From: Pseudovirgaria hyperparasitica
Lineage: Eukaryota
DNA: 64,000 nucleotides
Direction: 5' to 3' (one strand)
NCBI GenBank assembly: GCA_010093815.1
Contig: ML996565.1
The position numbers and the translations under genes are program-made. Below, in pieces: positions 12,391 to 26,032 of this stretch. Position 1 is the first letter of the stretch. Each line of letters begins with the position of its first letter. The notes beneath the pieces were generated by a model. That model was not told where the DNA came from. It made no database searches and saw only the letters and a list, made by a program, of their open reading frames with translations.

Positions 12391-14264
12391 TGTAATGTAA
12401 AAAAGTGAGCAGCTTCGCGTTAATAGATGTGCTGCATCTAAATAAATCTCCGACCACACACTCGGCCATTTGACGTTTATATCGGTATTGAGGTCTAGAC
12501 CATTAACGAGCCATCCGACGACGGCAGTTGATTCCTCGAGGCGCAGCACAGCACCACTTTGTTACTGTATTCAAGGCGGCCAATTCACTGGCATTAGGAT
12601 ACCAGACTTGTCCGTGCAGCTGAAGGCATGTAGCGAATGAGAACACATCATGGTGTTTGCGCATGCAAGCTGACAGTACTGCACCGGTCCGGACCTGACA
12701 CAGCAGGCATTTATTGCGATGGGTTCTCAGTCTAGACGTTGTCCCGTCCTTGAATTGGCTCCGTGATGCCGGCGTCAGCTACACATGGAGAAGGTTTTCC
12801 TAGAATGATTGCTGACTAGGACTGCATGTGGATAGATAGGCCTTCTGGGGTGGATAGCCGTATCAAGTGACAACCTTCGTACTGTTGATGACAACCTGTG
12901 GGAGGTATCGTGTGGTATCCAACCACGCCAAGAACAAAAGAAGGAGTTTTGGAGTTGCCGCGAACCCGCAGTCTAATATTAGGATCCAGGAGTCAGGAGA
13001 AAATTGAATCGGCCAGCTAGCGCGGGTGATATTTTGGGCAGAACAACTAATTAGTAACCGCGCTCAGGCATATAATTAACACGTTGGTTTATAGAACTCG
13101 GAAATAGCCCCAGCCTGAGAAATATTACTGTCTGACTACTGCATGAATGGTTCAAAACTGCCACGTGTGCCTCGAAGTGATACCTTCTAGCAGGCCTTTC
13201 GCAGGTATTCGTCCTAAATAGGACCGGGGCCAGGGGCCCGGAGCCAAATATATGTCCGGGCCTCGAGGGTGTTGGAAGCGCGCATGATGAAAAGTAATGT
13301 AACAGTAAATAGACCATAAGTCATGAGAGGGTAATCTGATGACGGCCTTCTAGCGTTGCATGCCATCCCAGATGTCAGGGACAAGGAGAGTAGGGGTGGG
13401 GTAATGCTGGGTATTTTCGTCGCCTGACTCGTGTATATATATATATAGAGTATATGAAATGCCTATTGCAGGATATGTGTCAGTTTCACCCAGTCAGGAT
13501 ATGGACAATGCTGGGAGCACCACATTCGAGGTATGGGTGTGTACTGGGAAAGCCATTTGCGTTCATTGCTCTCTTGTTGCATTATTGTCAAGGAGGAGAT
13601 TGTCAAGGAGGAGACAACGGCGAAATCCAGCACAAAATGAGACCGCTAAGCTAACCTATAACGGCTAGCATCGCTTCCGACCCCATGCCCGTGTCTCATT
13701 CGTCACTCGCGAAGAACCTAATACTGATGTCACTACTCAAATTACTGCACTATATGTCCTCCATCTGCACTACTAGATACCAAATATCTGGCATATCGTA
13801 ATTTAGAAGAAGGGAGGCGTAGTTCATTTCTTTGGATATCAAGATTATTCGGTTGTATGAATGTGAATGGCAGAGGGCCCCGCTAGAACTTCTCATGCCT
13901 CAGTTCTTCTTTTATATCATAGACCGTCGCAACACTATGGTAATGAAAAGATCTCGAACAGACCTCACTGGCATTCGAAAATCTTGCCCTGACAGTCGAA
14001 AAGATACTACATGCCCCCATGATTTCGATTCCTCACCAAACTCCGGAGTATGCCGTGAATATCCGCCCTTCGATACATCCTCAAGTCCCGTCTTCACTGC
14101 CGCCGTCAAATACACCTCCGCACCCAATACCCACCCCATAGTGACAGCATTGATAAGAAACAAGAAGCCATAGCCATAATCTCAAGAATCCCCCTCCTAG
14201 ACCCTAGTCACATAACCACAACCACAACCACAAGCCCATCCACATCCACAGCACCAACCACACC

Positions 14265-14792
14265 ATGTCAAAACCCCACATCCTCCTCCTCAATGGCCCA
14301 AACCTCAACCTCCTCGGCCTGCGCGAACCACACATCTACGGCTCCACAACCCTCCCCGCTCTAACCACCACCCTCAAATCCCACGCCTCCACTCTAGGCC
14401 TGCACCTCACCGCCTTCCAATCCAACCATGAAGGCGCCATACTCGACCACCTTCACAGCCACTACCCGCAAGCCCAACTCCCAACCTCACAAACCCCTCA
14501 CACCCCCTTCGACTTCATAATCATCAACCCCGGCGCTCTCACACACACGAGTATCGCGCTCCGCGATGCGTTGCTAGGTATTGGGGTGCCGTTTGTCGAA
14601 GTGCATGTGAGTAATGTGCATGCGCGCGAGGAGTTTCGGCATAGGAGCTTTCTGTCGGATAGAGCGGAAGCGGTGATTTGTGGGTTAGGGGTGTGGGGGT
14701 ATGAGGTTGCGGTCGGGTTTGCGGCGAGGTATCTTGCGGCGAAGGGGGTGCTGGGCGCAGAAGGAAAGGGCGAGGGGCAGGAGCTGGGGTGA
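14265..14792 (+). CDS. qutE: Type II (catabolic) 3-dehydroquinate dehydratase
   Basis: [44 protein letters not shown] and [17 protein letters not shown] signature motifs. Confidence 0.95.
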   Translation: MSKPHILLLNGPNLNLLGLREPHIYGSTTLPALTTTLKSHASTLGLHLTAFQSNHEGAILDHLHSHYPQAQLPTSQTPHTPFDFIIINPGALTHTSIALRDALLGIGVPFVEVHVSNVHAREEFRHRSFLSDRAEAVICGLGVWGYEVAVGFAARYLAAKGVLGAEGKGEGQELG

Positions 14793-14967
14793 ACGATCGG
14801 CGAGGATGGGCGAGAACAGAAGCGAGGATGGGATGTTGAAGATTGAGTTCTCGGGGGTTAGGAATATTGGGAAGGAGAAATATAGATTGGCACGCTCTTG
14901 TAGATCGACAAAGAGGAATGAAAATGGAACACGTCATATCATATAGAAGAGGAATATACAAGCACAC

Positions 14968-17335
14968 CTATGAGATGGTAAACTCCCCACTTGTCCCCTC
15001 AAAAGCACTGATGCTACCAAACAACGGCTTCGAATCACCGTAGTATTTAACACGGTACTTCCCAGCGTCTGTCGCGCTGTTCGTCTCCCACGTAATAGTC
15101 ACCTCCGAGAAGCCTAGGGCCTCGTTGGTGCGCTTCCACTCGTATATCAGTTCCCAGTCTTGGTCGTCCCGGACACGCGTCCATGTACTGCCAGATTGCT
15201 TCTCGATGGCCGCGAACGTGTTCTCTAGACGGAGATTGTTGCGTGGATTTGCGCCTTGGAATGTGACTTTGACAGCTGAGCCCTTACTATATAATGATTG
15301 GACGTCGGTGATGACTTGGCCGAAGGATTTGCCGCCAGCTGCATCGAACACAACGCCCGTGATGAAGCTGAGTGCACGGTCGGTGTTGATAGGCGGGTCT
15401 GGTCCGCCAGGCGGTGCAGAGGTCGACGAGTCGGAGAGGTAAGGGAGGAAGGTGCTAGTGAGATTGATATATGCATTTAGAGTATGGGGCCCATACAAGG
15501 TAGATGCGCCCTCATATCGCTGAATGTTGTACTCCTCCTCGGTGGCAATGTAGTGGGTGTAGGAATTGGCTGGACCACCAAGCACAACTACAGGGTCTGA
15601 GCCAGATGGGACAATGTCTGTAGAGGCCTTCGCGATAGCTTCTTTCCAGCGACGACCGGACATTGTGGTCGCCTCTCCGGGACTTACGATGATAAGGAGC
15701 TGGCCGACGCGCATCATCTGGATGTCGACGATATTTGGTGTCCATTCGTATGGGATGTGTATCTCACCCACATCAAGAAGGATCGGCTTCTCTCCTTGAC
15801 AGGCCTTCTGCTCTGGACCGGGTTCTTTAATGACAGCCTTGACGACTTCCCAGAGAGGACTGGCGCTGGGTTCACCGTCATCGCCCTGGGTGAAGTCGAA
15901 TGCGCCAGGACCATCTGAGGTCCCTGCTGCGAAAGAGTATCCAAGAGCTGCAGCACACGTCTTGACAATCGTGCCATTTGGATGTGCGAACGTGTAGTTT
16001 CGCATGTCGTTATACGTATGAAACGATCGAATTCCAGTACCACTGACTGGCGTTAAAGAGCCACCGTAGATACCCTTCGCGCCAGTAAACTGTCGAGTGC
16101 CAATCTCAAAACAGCTCTTTGCGCCCGCATCGTTAAGACCGAAAAATGGGCCTCGACCATGGCAAGCTTGACTTGTACCACCGCATGTACTGTTTTCGTA
16201 AGTGCACTCCTGATTCGAACCATCTTCGCACCAAGCACCGTTGACATTTGGCGTGGTATCACCGACGTTGGCTTGAGAGAAGCCTGCGACAAAGCCCTCG
16301 GCGGCATTGGAGTTTGACTGCATGTCTTTCTCGAACAGATAGGCAGCGACGCCCTTGTTATCTCCGGCCACGATAGAATTATTTCCCAGTAAAGACGTTC
16401 CGTGAACAGGAAACCATGTGAGAACACCGACATCTTTCCCATCGCTGTCTCTGGTGAACTTGACAAGCGTCATAGTCTTGTCAACATTATCCGCGTACCG
16501 AGCTCGTTCTGCTGATGGATTGGCCATGTACGCATATAGACTGCGATTGATGGCAGAATCCTTGACTTGGCCAGTCCCGACGCTGAGACGGCCTTTCGTC
16601 AGACTTTCATGTGCCCGTTTGATAGAGAGCACAGCGCCATCGACGATTGCTTGATAGCTCTGCTTGTCAAAACCCTTGCTGGTGATGGTGGGCAGTAGAT
16701 AGTTTAACCATGCCGCAGGTCCAGAATGAGAGTGTGTTCCAGTGACTGCAATATTCTGACGATTATATACTGAATATTGCGGGCCCAGCGCCGCCACACC
16801 TTTCAGAATACCATCCCGGATGGCAGTATCTCCCGACTGTGTATCTAGCACAAGATAAACAATCCGTTGTGCAGTGTTGTCTGGGTCGCCGACGATGAAG
16901 GCCCTGGAATAAATCCGCTGCCGAAGTCCACTTCCGATTTGAGAAGTGTTGGCATATCCCATGAGGTTTAGTTCGACAACTGGTCTGCATCCGCATCAGT
17001 ATTCAGTGGTGCTCTAGATGGCAGGGTCCCACTTTGCAGACTTATGCAGCCACTCTGTCGCCCAGTGATGGAATGAATACATACCCAGTGATATCCGCCT
17101 TGCCAACGCCGATCATGTACTCAGATCCTGCAGCTTGTCTAACCATCTCTTCATGCTTGTCGCCAAAGATGAACGATTGCACCCTAGAATATGTGCTTCC
17201 ACGCTCTGTAGCGCCTTCATCCTGCCAGTGCCAGTAGTCCACCTCTGGCAGCCCTCGTGTGGACGCAAGTTGGACGATGACCAGAAGAGCCAGGCAAGAT
17301 GCCGCGAGAGCGGCTATGAAGTGTGTGCGAGCCAT
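14968..17335 (-). CDS. Neutral/alkaline non-lysosomal ceramidase
   Basis: N-terminal TM/signal anchor, then GVGKADITG|PVVE (intron 17084-16985), GTHSHSGP, FPVHGTS, PGEATTMSGRR and QRYEGASTLYGP. Confidence 0.95.
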
Positions 17336-17894
17336 CTTTCTTCTCGGAGCAGCACTACCAACGCTAGGAGGAATTGCATGGCTGCGGCCATGGGGAGTTT
17401 TGTATTCCTCAATGTTGAACAGACAGGGTCGCTTAACGGTAGCGATCGACGAGGAGTAGGACTCGGTGGAGTGGCGGTCGTCGGATGTGAGTGGTGATCA
17501 GGGAGATTGAGCCGGTGGTGTTGTTCTTGGATGGGAAGGTCATGGTCATTAGCAGGCCGGAATTCAAGGTTGCGGCCGACTTAGAGGCGTCATTGGAGCA
17601 GGCCCGCCCCCGCAAATTGGGCTATATCGGCTACATCGATCGACCTAATTTAGCTGCACGTTCAAGCAAGGGACAGCCCGTAGGATCACGAGCCACCCAG
17701 TGGAACCGCATGGATGGCAGCCAAGCCGAGGCGCCGAAGCTACTTTTCTTTCACACCACACCTTGATACACTTTGCAGATCATCAAGTTTCACAGACTCA
17801 TCCACCTTCACCTCCACCTCCACACTCCACATCGTACTAGTCAGTCAGACATCCGATTCCGAATACTCCACACTACACCTGCTTCCTGCCGACC

Positions 17895-18615
17895 ATGTCT
17901 CTAATCAACGAGTCGCACGACTCCCTCATCTGTACGACTTTCCTCCCTCACTCTGGGCCCTTGCGCGTATAGCTGCTGATCGCAAACCCCAGACATCGAC
18001 CCCGTGCCCACAGAAGCAGACTACGTGATTGTCTCGAACCTCATATCCGACGAACTACGGACCGTCGACACATCCGTCACACACCCGCTCCTCCCCCATG
18101 CATACGCTCCGCGGTACCCGGAGCTGTTAGCCAAGGAACACGAGCGCATAGAGTCTGGCGCGGATCGAGAAGTCGGCATAAATCTAAGCCGATATGAGGC
18201 GCTCGAGGCACCGCAGAACACATCTCCTAATAGCGACGAGAAGAACCCACAGTTGCTTGCGCAATGGCGTGAGACACTGCAGAAGGCGTATGCGTCGAGT
18301 TCGTATCTGTCTTGGCGACAGACAAATCTTGGGCTGTTGGAAAAGTATGGGAAGAATCAATGGCTGATTGGGAATTCGCAACTCGAGGACATATTGAAGG
18401 GGCTTGAGACCGAGCTGGCGGAGACTCGCGCTCAGGTTGAACGGATTGAGTACGAGAGGCGGGCGCAACAAGAGGCTGTGTCGGGTGAGATGGCGACATT
18501 GGACGACACGTGGAAGAAGGGAATTGGAAGAGTCATTGAGACGGAGGTTGCTGTCGAGGGACTGAGAAGGGAGATCGTCGAGAGGAAGAGGGGTGGTGCT
18601 ATTATCGCATCTTGA
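17895..18615 (+). CDS. SPF27: Pre-mRNA splicing factor SPF27/BCAS2 (Cwf7)
   Basis: MSLINESHDSLI|YID (intron 17932-17992), then NLGLLEKYGKNQWLIGNSQLE and a C-terminal coiled coil. Confidence 0.9.
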
Positions 18616-19125
18616 GGCATCGCGGATCAGAACAATAAGGGACAATATGGAGCATCAAGTGGCAACACCAGGACGTGCCTAGTATGTCATTTACATCAAT
18701 ATGAGCTCCGAGCTTGCCGCAAAAAGCGACAGCGGACGATGATGCTTTCTAGTTATAGGAAGTACATCACTCCGGTTCCATCCTAAGGCGCTTAGTGGTT
18801 ACAGTGTGTCGTTGCCCATAAAAGACTGCTGGTGCTCACAGGTAACCATACCAGTGTCACCACCCCTAGTAATGTAAATAGACGCAAATGCGCGAGCAAT
18901 GTAAGCATATAGACGTGGAAATTGACACGATAACATAAATAATATTCATGCTAAATGAAAACGCCTCGTCAGGAATCCGTCAGACTGCTCGCCATCTCAC
19001 CACCAACATTTCGTACTTCCACGGCCATGGTACGAAAACACACACATGCCACACCCACCAAAGTTTCATCCTCATCTCCAGGGTCCGCTTGACCATGGCA
19101 AGTTTCTGATTCGAGCTTCGCCCTC

Positions 19126-19510
19126 TCAGTTCGTGATCGCCTCATATCCACTGCCACTGTTGTGTGCTGCACGGTTGGAGAACAGATAGTAGACAATCAG
19201 ACCAACAACCGGGAAGACAAAGACGCCAACACACCAGAGCACCTTGTGCAGCGTAGGGCGGTTAGACTTGAGGACCTCCACTGCAAAACGGTTAGCCTCT
19301 TGCCTACTCTCATTTGCCTACTCTCATAGTTTGAGGGAAGAGAGAGACAGGGTACGTACTGAACACAATGACATCTAGGATTAGGACGATAAACCCGATA
19401 ATGCCACCGCCGGTGCCATACTGCCAGGTATTACCGCCAGCTGCGGCCGCGTTAACGGGGGCCGCCTCGGCAAGGGCGAAGAGGAGGGAGGCGATGATGA
19501 GCTGGAACAT
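19126..19510 (-). CDS. Small membrane protein, PLDc_N (cardiolipin synthase N-terminal-like) family
   Basis: Two exons (19510-19360, 19280-19126). Product: signal peptide, GGGIIGFIVLILDVIVFMEVLKSNRPTLHKVLWCVGVFVFPVVGLIVYYLF. Confidence 0.85.
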
Positions 19511-19939
19511 GATTGCTGGGTATCTGTATTGCAGGGCTGTGGGAATATGAGAGGACTTGTGTTGAGTCTCAAGTTATGTATTGTGTGAGGATGAGGGGAT
19601 GAGAAGGAACGGTCAGAGAAGAGGTTGGACGGACTCGTGTGGCGGGGATCCGGTTGCCTAGTATTTGTGACGTAACTTTGGGTGTGGCGCATCACGAGGC
19701 CTGCGTCGGGTGCGTGCGTACCACAACCAGAGATACTAAGAGCGTGTTATAATGAAGTCGACCTGCTATGGTAAATAGTAGATTCCGGGGAGTCTCGCTG
19801 TTATTACTGTTGTTGGCAAGGTCGATGATGAATATGATTAGCCCATCTAGCATCAGTAGCGTTTTTAGACTTTGCTCAAATGTAAACACGACAATCGCAT
19901 CTTTTTACATTCTCTATCGTGTCGATTAACATGGTCGGC

Positions 19940-22031
19940 TTAAGTACGGGGATACTGGATGTAATTGACTGGGAAACTTGTGGTGTTCCACTCCCCGGTC
20001 TCCGTGTTCAGGGTCACGTTCGTGCTAATAACTTGGCCCCCCTTTAGATAGCCGTTCTCGACGACTCCGCCCGACAATGGTCTCTGGAGATGGTTGTCTC
20101 CAGCAAGGACCGTGAAGTTGGCGAGGCTCAGCTCTAGAGGGGTCTCAAAGGCCACAGTGGGTGTTCCAAAGTATCGGGCATCCATTCTGTTCTTTGTTAC
20201 ATGCAGCTCGAAGTAGCCACGATAGTACCCCTCAGACCACTGAAGCTCGGGGTTGCTGGTCACAAGCGACTGTGATCGCCGCTGTCCATCTGTAACATTG
20301 GACGCATAACCAGAAGACGACACAGCTGTTCCCGCAAATTCTACGCCAACCGCCCCAAGTCCAGTGTTCTCGTCATAGGCGTGCTCGTCTAGCCAGACGA
20401 GATCTGAGACCCAGTTCGCGTGAGAATCACCTGCGAGGAAGACTGTGTTCTGGATTTTATTCTCGTAGAGATGGTAGAAAGTCCGGTTGCGATTAGACAG
20501 GTAGCCCTATGCTCATTAGACGCATGACCAATTCATCAGAAGCTACTACTTACATCCCACTGGTCGACATTGAATGGCATAGATTGTCCATAGTTGACCG
20601 TCTGATTGATGCGAGAGAAGATAATCTGGTTTCCAATGATTTTCCAGACAGCTCCCCGATTGTCTGACTCGGATAAGGACCGATAGAACCAATTCTCTTG
20701 ACGAGATCCCATCAACGATCGACCGGCATCGTTCGCAATATCATAGATGTAGTCCTCGTTGTATGAGAGGTCAGTAATACTGCGATCATAATTCCGTGTG
20801 TCCAAAATGATCAGATCTGCGATCTTTCCAAGCTTGAAACTGCGCCAGACCCGCAAACCGTCGTCCATATCGACTTGACGAATGGGCATCCATTCAAAAT
20901 AAGCACGTACAGCATTCATCTTACGCTGATCCACACTGACACCACCACTCTTAACGAAAGAGTCTTCAGTGTTATTCATATTACTAAAGCCGTCACGGAA
21001 GCCGTTGTTTGCTTGCTCTTCGCTCTTGTCAGCACTCATGTTATGTTGAACTGGTGTAGCTGTATATCACTCACCATGATCGTCCCAAGTAGGAATCCAT
21101 GGAAACTTTGCATGCGAAAGTTGGAGGTCCGAGTCAAGTCTATATTGACCAATGCGAGTTCTGTAGTCATAGAGACTGAATATCTCCTTTGGTGGATTTG
21201 TGGCTCGAGGGTCCTGACCAAGCACGCCGCGCGATGTTTCGTAGATGTAATCGCCCAGATGAATCTACGGAAGATCAGAGGAGCTCATACTGTCGTATAA
21301 ACTCTGAACCTACCACATAATCGATATCGTCCTTGCGTGCAGCGTTACCATATGCATTAAAATAGCCATTGGGGCAATTGCCGCAGCTGTAGACGGCCAA
21401 ACCTATTTGAGCTTCTTCATCATCTTCTGTGGGAGACGTCTTAGTACGGCCTATAGTACTCTTGACATCCTGGTTGCAAACTTCGAACTGGTAATAGTAA
21501 TTTGTGAATGGCTGTAGGTTGTTGGCCTCGACCTAGATGTTGTCAAAACCAATATGTCTCGTAAAGGATATCATGTCAACTCGCCTTAATAGTCCAATCA
21601 ATGTCACTTGTCGTATACGCAGTTCCACTATCTATGACATTTTTTCCTTTCTCATCAGTCCAGACATTGTATTTGACACAAATTGGATGCGGGTCCGCCT
21701 GGATGTACTTCTCCGTGTCATGGTTGTACAGTGGAACGAGGCCTGAGACAGTGGCGTTGCTCCTATCGGCGTCGATTTGGGGTGCTATCCTCGTCCATAG
21801 TATGACTGAATGTGGGAAAGGGTCTCCAGAAGCCACTCCATGGGTAAAATTCAAGCTCTGGGTGATGTTGTTCGTCCGACGGCGAAGCACAGAGGAACGC
21901 TTTGCAACTTTCGGTACGTCAATACCGAGAGCTGGGTGCCGCCTTGACGGGCTATGGTAATTGAGATTGCCATCGAATGTTGCCGAAACTGTACTTGAAA
22001 AAGCAAGCAGGATTATGAAGAAGAATCGCAT
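19940..22031 (-). CDS. phoD: Secreted alkaline phosphatase D (PhoD family), multi-exon
   Basis: FTHGVASGDP, ILWTR, HLGDYIYE, LDTRNYDR, SLMGSRQENW, DQWD and GDSHANW. The first intron, 21584-21533, is GC-AG. Confidence 0.93.
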
Positions 22032-22722
22032 CTTGAAGCTCCTCAGCTTATCAGACTGCTGTGTATTGGAGCAGTGGAGCACCTGGATGTGCCATGGTAC
22101 TTTCGTGCGCTTTATACTCGTTTGAGACAAAACTATTTAGCTGAACCCTCCATTGCTGTGCCTTGTACATCGTTCCGCAGCTTTTTAGCAGCAGTACGAA
22201 CTGCATGGGTGCCAAGACAGCACCATTCATTTAGATTCATTTAGGCTGCCAGAAATGCCAATGATGAGGCCTGCTTTCAAAGCATGCCGCGATGCAAGAA
22301 AATGACGTTGAGTGAAGTTTCCGCGGCTTGTTCGCCCACGCTATTGAAGGCACATCGTGCGTTGACAGCGGACAGAGATTGGACAAGATGGATCAACAGC
22401 AGGTCGTTCTATGAATGGATGATGATTATGTTCCTAGGGTCTCCGGGGCTCCACGAAAAGCTTAGCTGCGGGCCCAAGCTCCAGCTCCAAATGAAAAAGC
22501 CCGCCTCAAGCGTCACCCCCCTTCATATATGCCCAACGTCATCTAATATACATCTCTGCGAAGTGGTTCTACATGATGAAAACGTAAATTCCATTGCCAG
22601 TCCATTCTCGTGTTCGTACGCCTGGAACTCTGTCATTTATCCTAGTCGTTACGCCATTACACTCAACTGCTTCCAAAGCTTCCCCTCTGATCGCTCGCAT
22701 TGACAGCTATCATGGCAGTAGA

Positions 22723-24368
22723 TCAGACTCCCTGTCTCTTTACCCTTTTCAACTCGAGCACCGCCTGAAAGAATGTCAGTAATGAAGCCCTCCTTTGTCT
22801 AAGGAGAGGACCCACGGCTGGAATTGCGCCACTAAAGGTAAGACTTGCCAGTCCTATGCTCATTAGCCTCCATCCATAGTTGTCCATGAGATAGCCTGCG
22901 AATGTCGTCCCCATGAGGAGACCTATCGAATTGGCAACGTTGAGTAGAGAAGAGGATTGGGCGTATCCACCGCCAGAATAGCCTTCAAATGCCGCCGGAT
23001 TGTCCCTTTCAAGCTGGTCAACGCAAGCAGACATTTCGGATGCGAGTGGTGCTCCTATCAAAGTGTGCACACAGCCCAAACCAACCAGCAGCACAATCAA
23101 CAAATAGACCTTGCTTGTCCCTTCTTGGTCGACTAGCATGAGCAGCGCTTGCATGACCGCTGCAAGACAGCAACCTATAATTGCAAACCAGCGCGGCTTC
23201 GACTTTTCCGCCCAAGACCCGACCAGTGGTGCTGTTAAACTCGGCACTGCAAGTGTCAGATAGATGAGCCCAGCAAACATAGGACTCCATCCGAAACGCC
23301 GCTTCACGTACAGCGCCAGTACACAATCATATGCGCCTAAGACTGCGACATACACGCAAAACCCCCAGAATGCCACAAAAAATCGAGGAGTGATGAAGAA
23401 CTGTATGACGAGTGGTAACTGATGCTTTTTGGGGGGGTTTTTCGGCAGCATCGCAGGACTCGAGACCCCGTTCTGTCGCCCATCAGTAGGTTGAACGCTA
23501 GGTTCACAGCCAATAGCCTTTGTGAATATCACGTCGCCCTCATTTCCTTCCTCGTCTTTCGGTATGTACTGGGCTGCCGTTTTCTTCTCAATCATTAAAA
23601 TTCGAAGAAGAATGTCGACGGTGAGCAATCCAGCACACATGCCGAAAACAGACATGTACCCACTGTGCTCGTATACAATACCTCCAAGGGTAGGGCTCAG
23701 AATGTAGCCGACACTAACGCCACTGAGAACAATTCCAGTTGACTGTCCTACTTCTCCCTTGGGCACAGAATCAATAACAACAGCGAGGCCAACACTCCAT
23801 ACGATAGCAGAGGCTATAGCTTGACGGATTCGGCTCGCAACAAGTAACCATACGTCTTCCGCGAGTCCAAACAGTATCGTTCCTAGGATGGCCATGATGA
23901 GCCCAAATACGAACGGGACTTGTCGATTGCTTGAACGGTCGGCTATATATCCGCAAATTGCTGGACGCTGATTAGCTGATGAATTTCTTCTGATGTATCA
24001 CTTCTCACGAGAGAGCACCAGGCCTGCTATGCCAAACAAAGCGAACAAAAATGACTCCCACCATTGTACTATCGAACACGTCAGGCTGTACGTCCACACT
24101 GCAAATGACGTTTACATACTGTCCTCCGTGTCGATACCCGCTCGTTCATGCAGCGCGAATGGAAACACTGGCACAACCTGTGCGAGTCAAAATTGGAGCA
24201 CATCCCTACGAAAGGATTACATACCACGGCATACAGGAGCGTATCAGTGAACACAGCAGCAGTCACAGTAAAGATGATAAACCATTTTGAACTTCGAAAG
24301 GCCAAGAACATTGGCGCCTTTCGGTCCACCTTCTTTGCCCGCTCGATGAGAGGTGTTGTTTCGCTCAT
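22723..24368 (-). CDS. MFS transporter (vesicular amine transporter-like), multi-exon
   Basis: FRSSKWFIIFTVTAAVFTDTLLYAV|VVPVFPFAL N-terminus, multiple TM helices, and SPTLGGIVYEHSGY. Confidence 0.88.
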
Positions 24369-25327
24369 TGTGTCTCCAACTGACGGGACCTGGAAGCAGA
24401 GAATGATAGGGGACGACGCAAGCCATACACACCAATAGCTTTATATATCGGAAGAAAGTGACCTAGAGCACATTTCAGATCGGCGTGCTTCTCCAGTCAT
24501 GCACTGACGGGGCCTGCCCCGAAGCACTAATGCCGTCAGATCCCCGTGAATATAACACTGTCTTCAAGCTTGCGGAGCTTACCGGGCTTGGAAGCCGCCC
24601 CTTGTGGAAATATCAGCAATGGCGTTTTGGAAAGACAGTCCAGATCAACCCGAAAAAGCAATATCTTACATAGCGTCGTGTCGTGTCACTATGCTCGGCG
24701 TATGGATATCCATCACGGCGCGTCCTTCCCGGAAGGTAACGGTACCAGGACCCTTGGACGTCTGCATGTAGGCATCGTGCAATCCACCCACACTGCCTTT
24801 TCCACCCAGGAAGATCCTGCAGCCCATCTGCATCTTGGACACACAAGGCTGAACTGAGTTCGACCATACAATAATCGACCTGACGTGTGCGGGATCCTTT
24901 GCTCTTTGCTACGAATCGAATCCATCCGAATTGATCGTAAATCCGTCCGATCAATTTCAAATTTTTGAATAGGCTGCAGGAAGCACAGACGCCACTCCTT
25001 TTTCATCCCGTGCACAAGCAGCATTGTAGTCGCCAAGAGCTAGATATGGTTGCATTGATCTACAGACGATCGTAGTTCCGTTGCGATGCAGTTCATAAAG
25101 CATCCTCGCTCTTATCTTTTGACCATCACGTCTAAGCTTTCTTTTGCTTTGAGGACATGAGGAAGGGCATAGAAAATGCGACGTGCATGAGGAGCGCTCA
25201 AGAGGTAGCTGGGAAGAGAGTTGTCTGGAGCCTGCGATTGTCAATCAAGGTGGATATATTGCTTACTAATCCTGAGATACAATGCTGGAGGATTGAACGC
25301 TACATTCTAGCATCAAAGTCACTTATC

Positions 25328-26032
25328 TCACAGTACAACAGCAGCGACCGCAATAGCAAAAGCTCCAACACCAAAAGTCTTCGCAGCTCGTACCGCACCT
25401 GCACTCCCTGTATCACCCCCACCATTACCACCGTCGTTACCACCTTCTGGGATGGGCCCGAGTTTCTCCAGGCCAGCAGTCATAATGACCGGCACCTCAG
25501 TCGGGTTTGAGTCAGTGGTGGTGAGAGACGTTGTTTGCCTGCCAATACCTTCCGCCTCAGCCGTGACCGTGGCCACGCAGCTCATGCTATTGCCATTGTC
25601 TCCAATAACACAGGTCTGGGCCTGCTGCAAGCGGACGCTTTGCCCTAGTGTGCTTGTCGCAATGTCGAAATTGATGTATTCAGTGTTCGGACGGAAGGTG
25701 TACTGAATGCTGCTGATAAGCCCGCATTCAGACGCGTAGTCAGTATTCGCTGTCTGGAAGGGACAGTCCATGGAGACGACGGTGCCGGAGGGGTTGACGG
25801 TGACGACGGAGCCGTAGAAGGTGACATCGTCGAAGTCCAGGGCAGCAGAGAAGATGTTGCCGCCGAAATCGTCGTCAAGGTAATGCAGAGATGTTGTGAC
25901 GGCATTTGTTGGTACAGATGGCGCACTGGTTGACATGACAGTCGTCCCGCCAGATGTTGGTGCGGGAGTGCTAGACTGTGCAATGACGGTGGTGGCAGCG
26001 CAGAGCGCAAGGGACGCAGTGATTGACTTCAT
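25328..26032 (-). CDS. Ser/Thr-rich secreted protein, probably GPI-anchored
   Basis: Signal peptide MKSITASLALCAATTVIA, ITAGLEKL-type motif (IMTAGLEKL), Gly-rich spacer and hydrophobic C-terminus (FGVGAFAIAVAAVVL). Confidence 0.85.
   Translation of the reverse strand: MKSITASLALCAATTVIAQSSTPAPTSGGTTVMSTSAPSVPTNAVTTSLHYLDDDFGGNIFSAALDFDDVTFYGSVVTVNPSGTVVSMDCPFQTANTDYASECGLISSIQYTFRPNTEYINFDIATSTLGQSVRLQQAQTCVIGDNGNSMSCVATVTAEAEGIGRQTTSLTTTDSNPTEVPVIMTAGLEKLGPIPEGGNDGGNGGGDTGSAGAVRAAKTFGVGAFAIAVAAVVL

Noticed and set aside
13584..13613. 15-bp direct duplication ATTGTCAAGGAGGAG x2
   Set aside because: It looks like an isolated slippage duplication with no associated element.
24600..25250. Overlapping protein-like minus-strand ORFs between the MFS and GPI genes (possible pseudogene)
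   Set aside because: I could not assemble a consistent frame or recognise a family.
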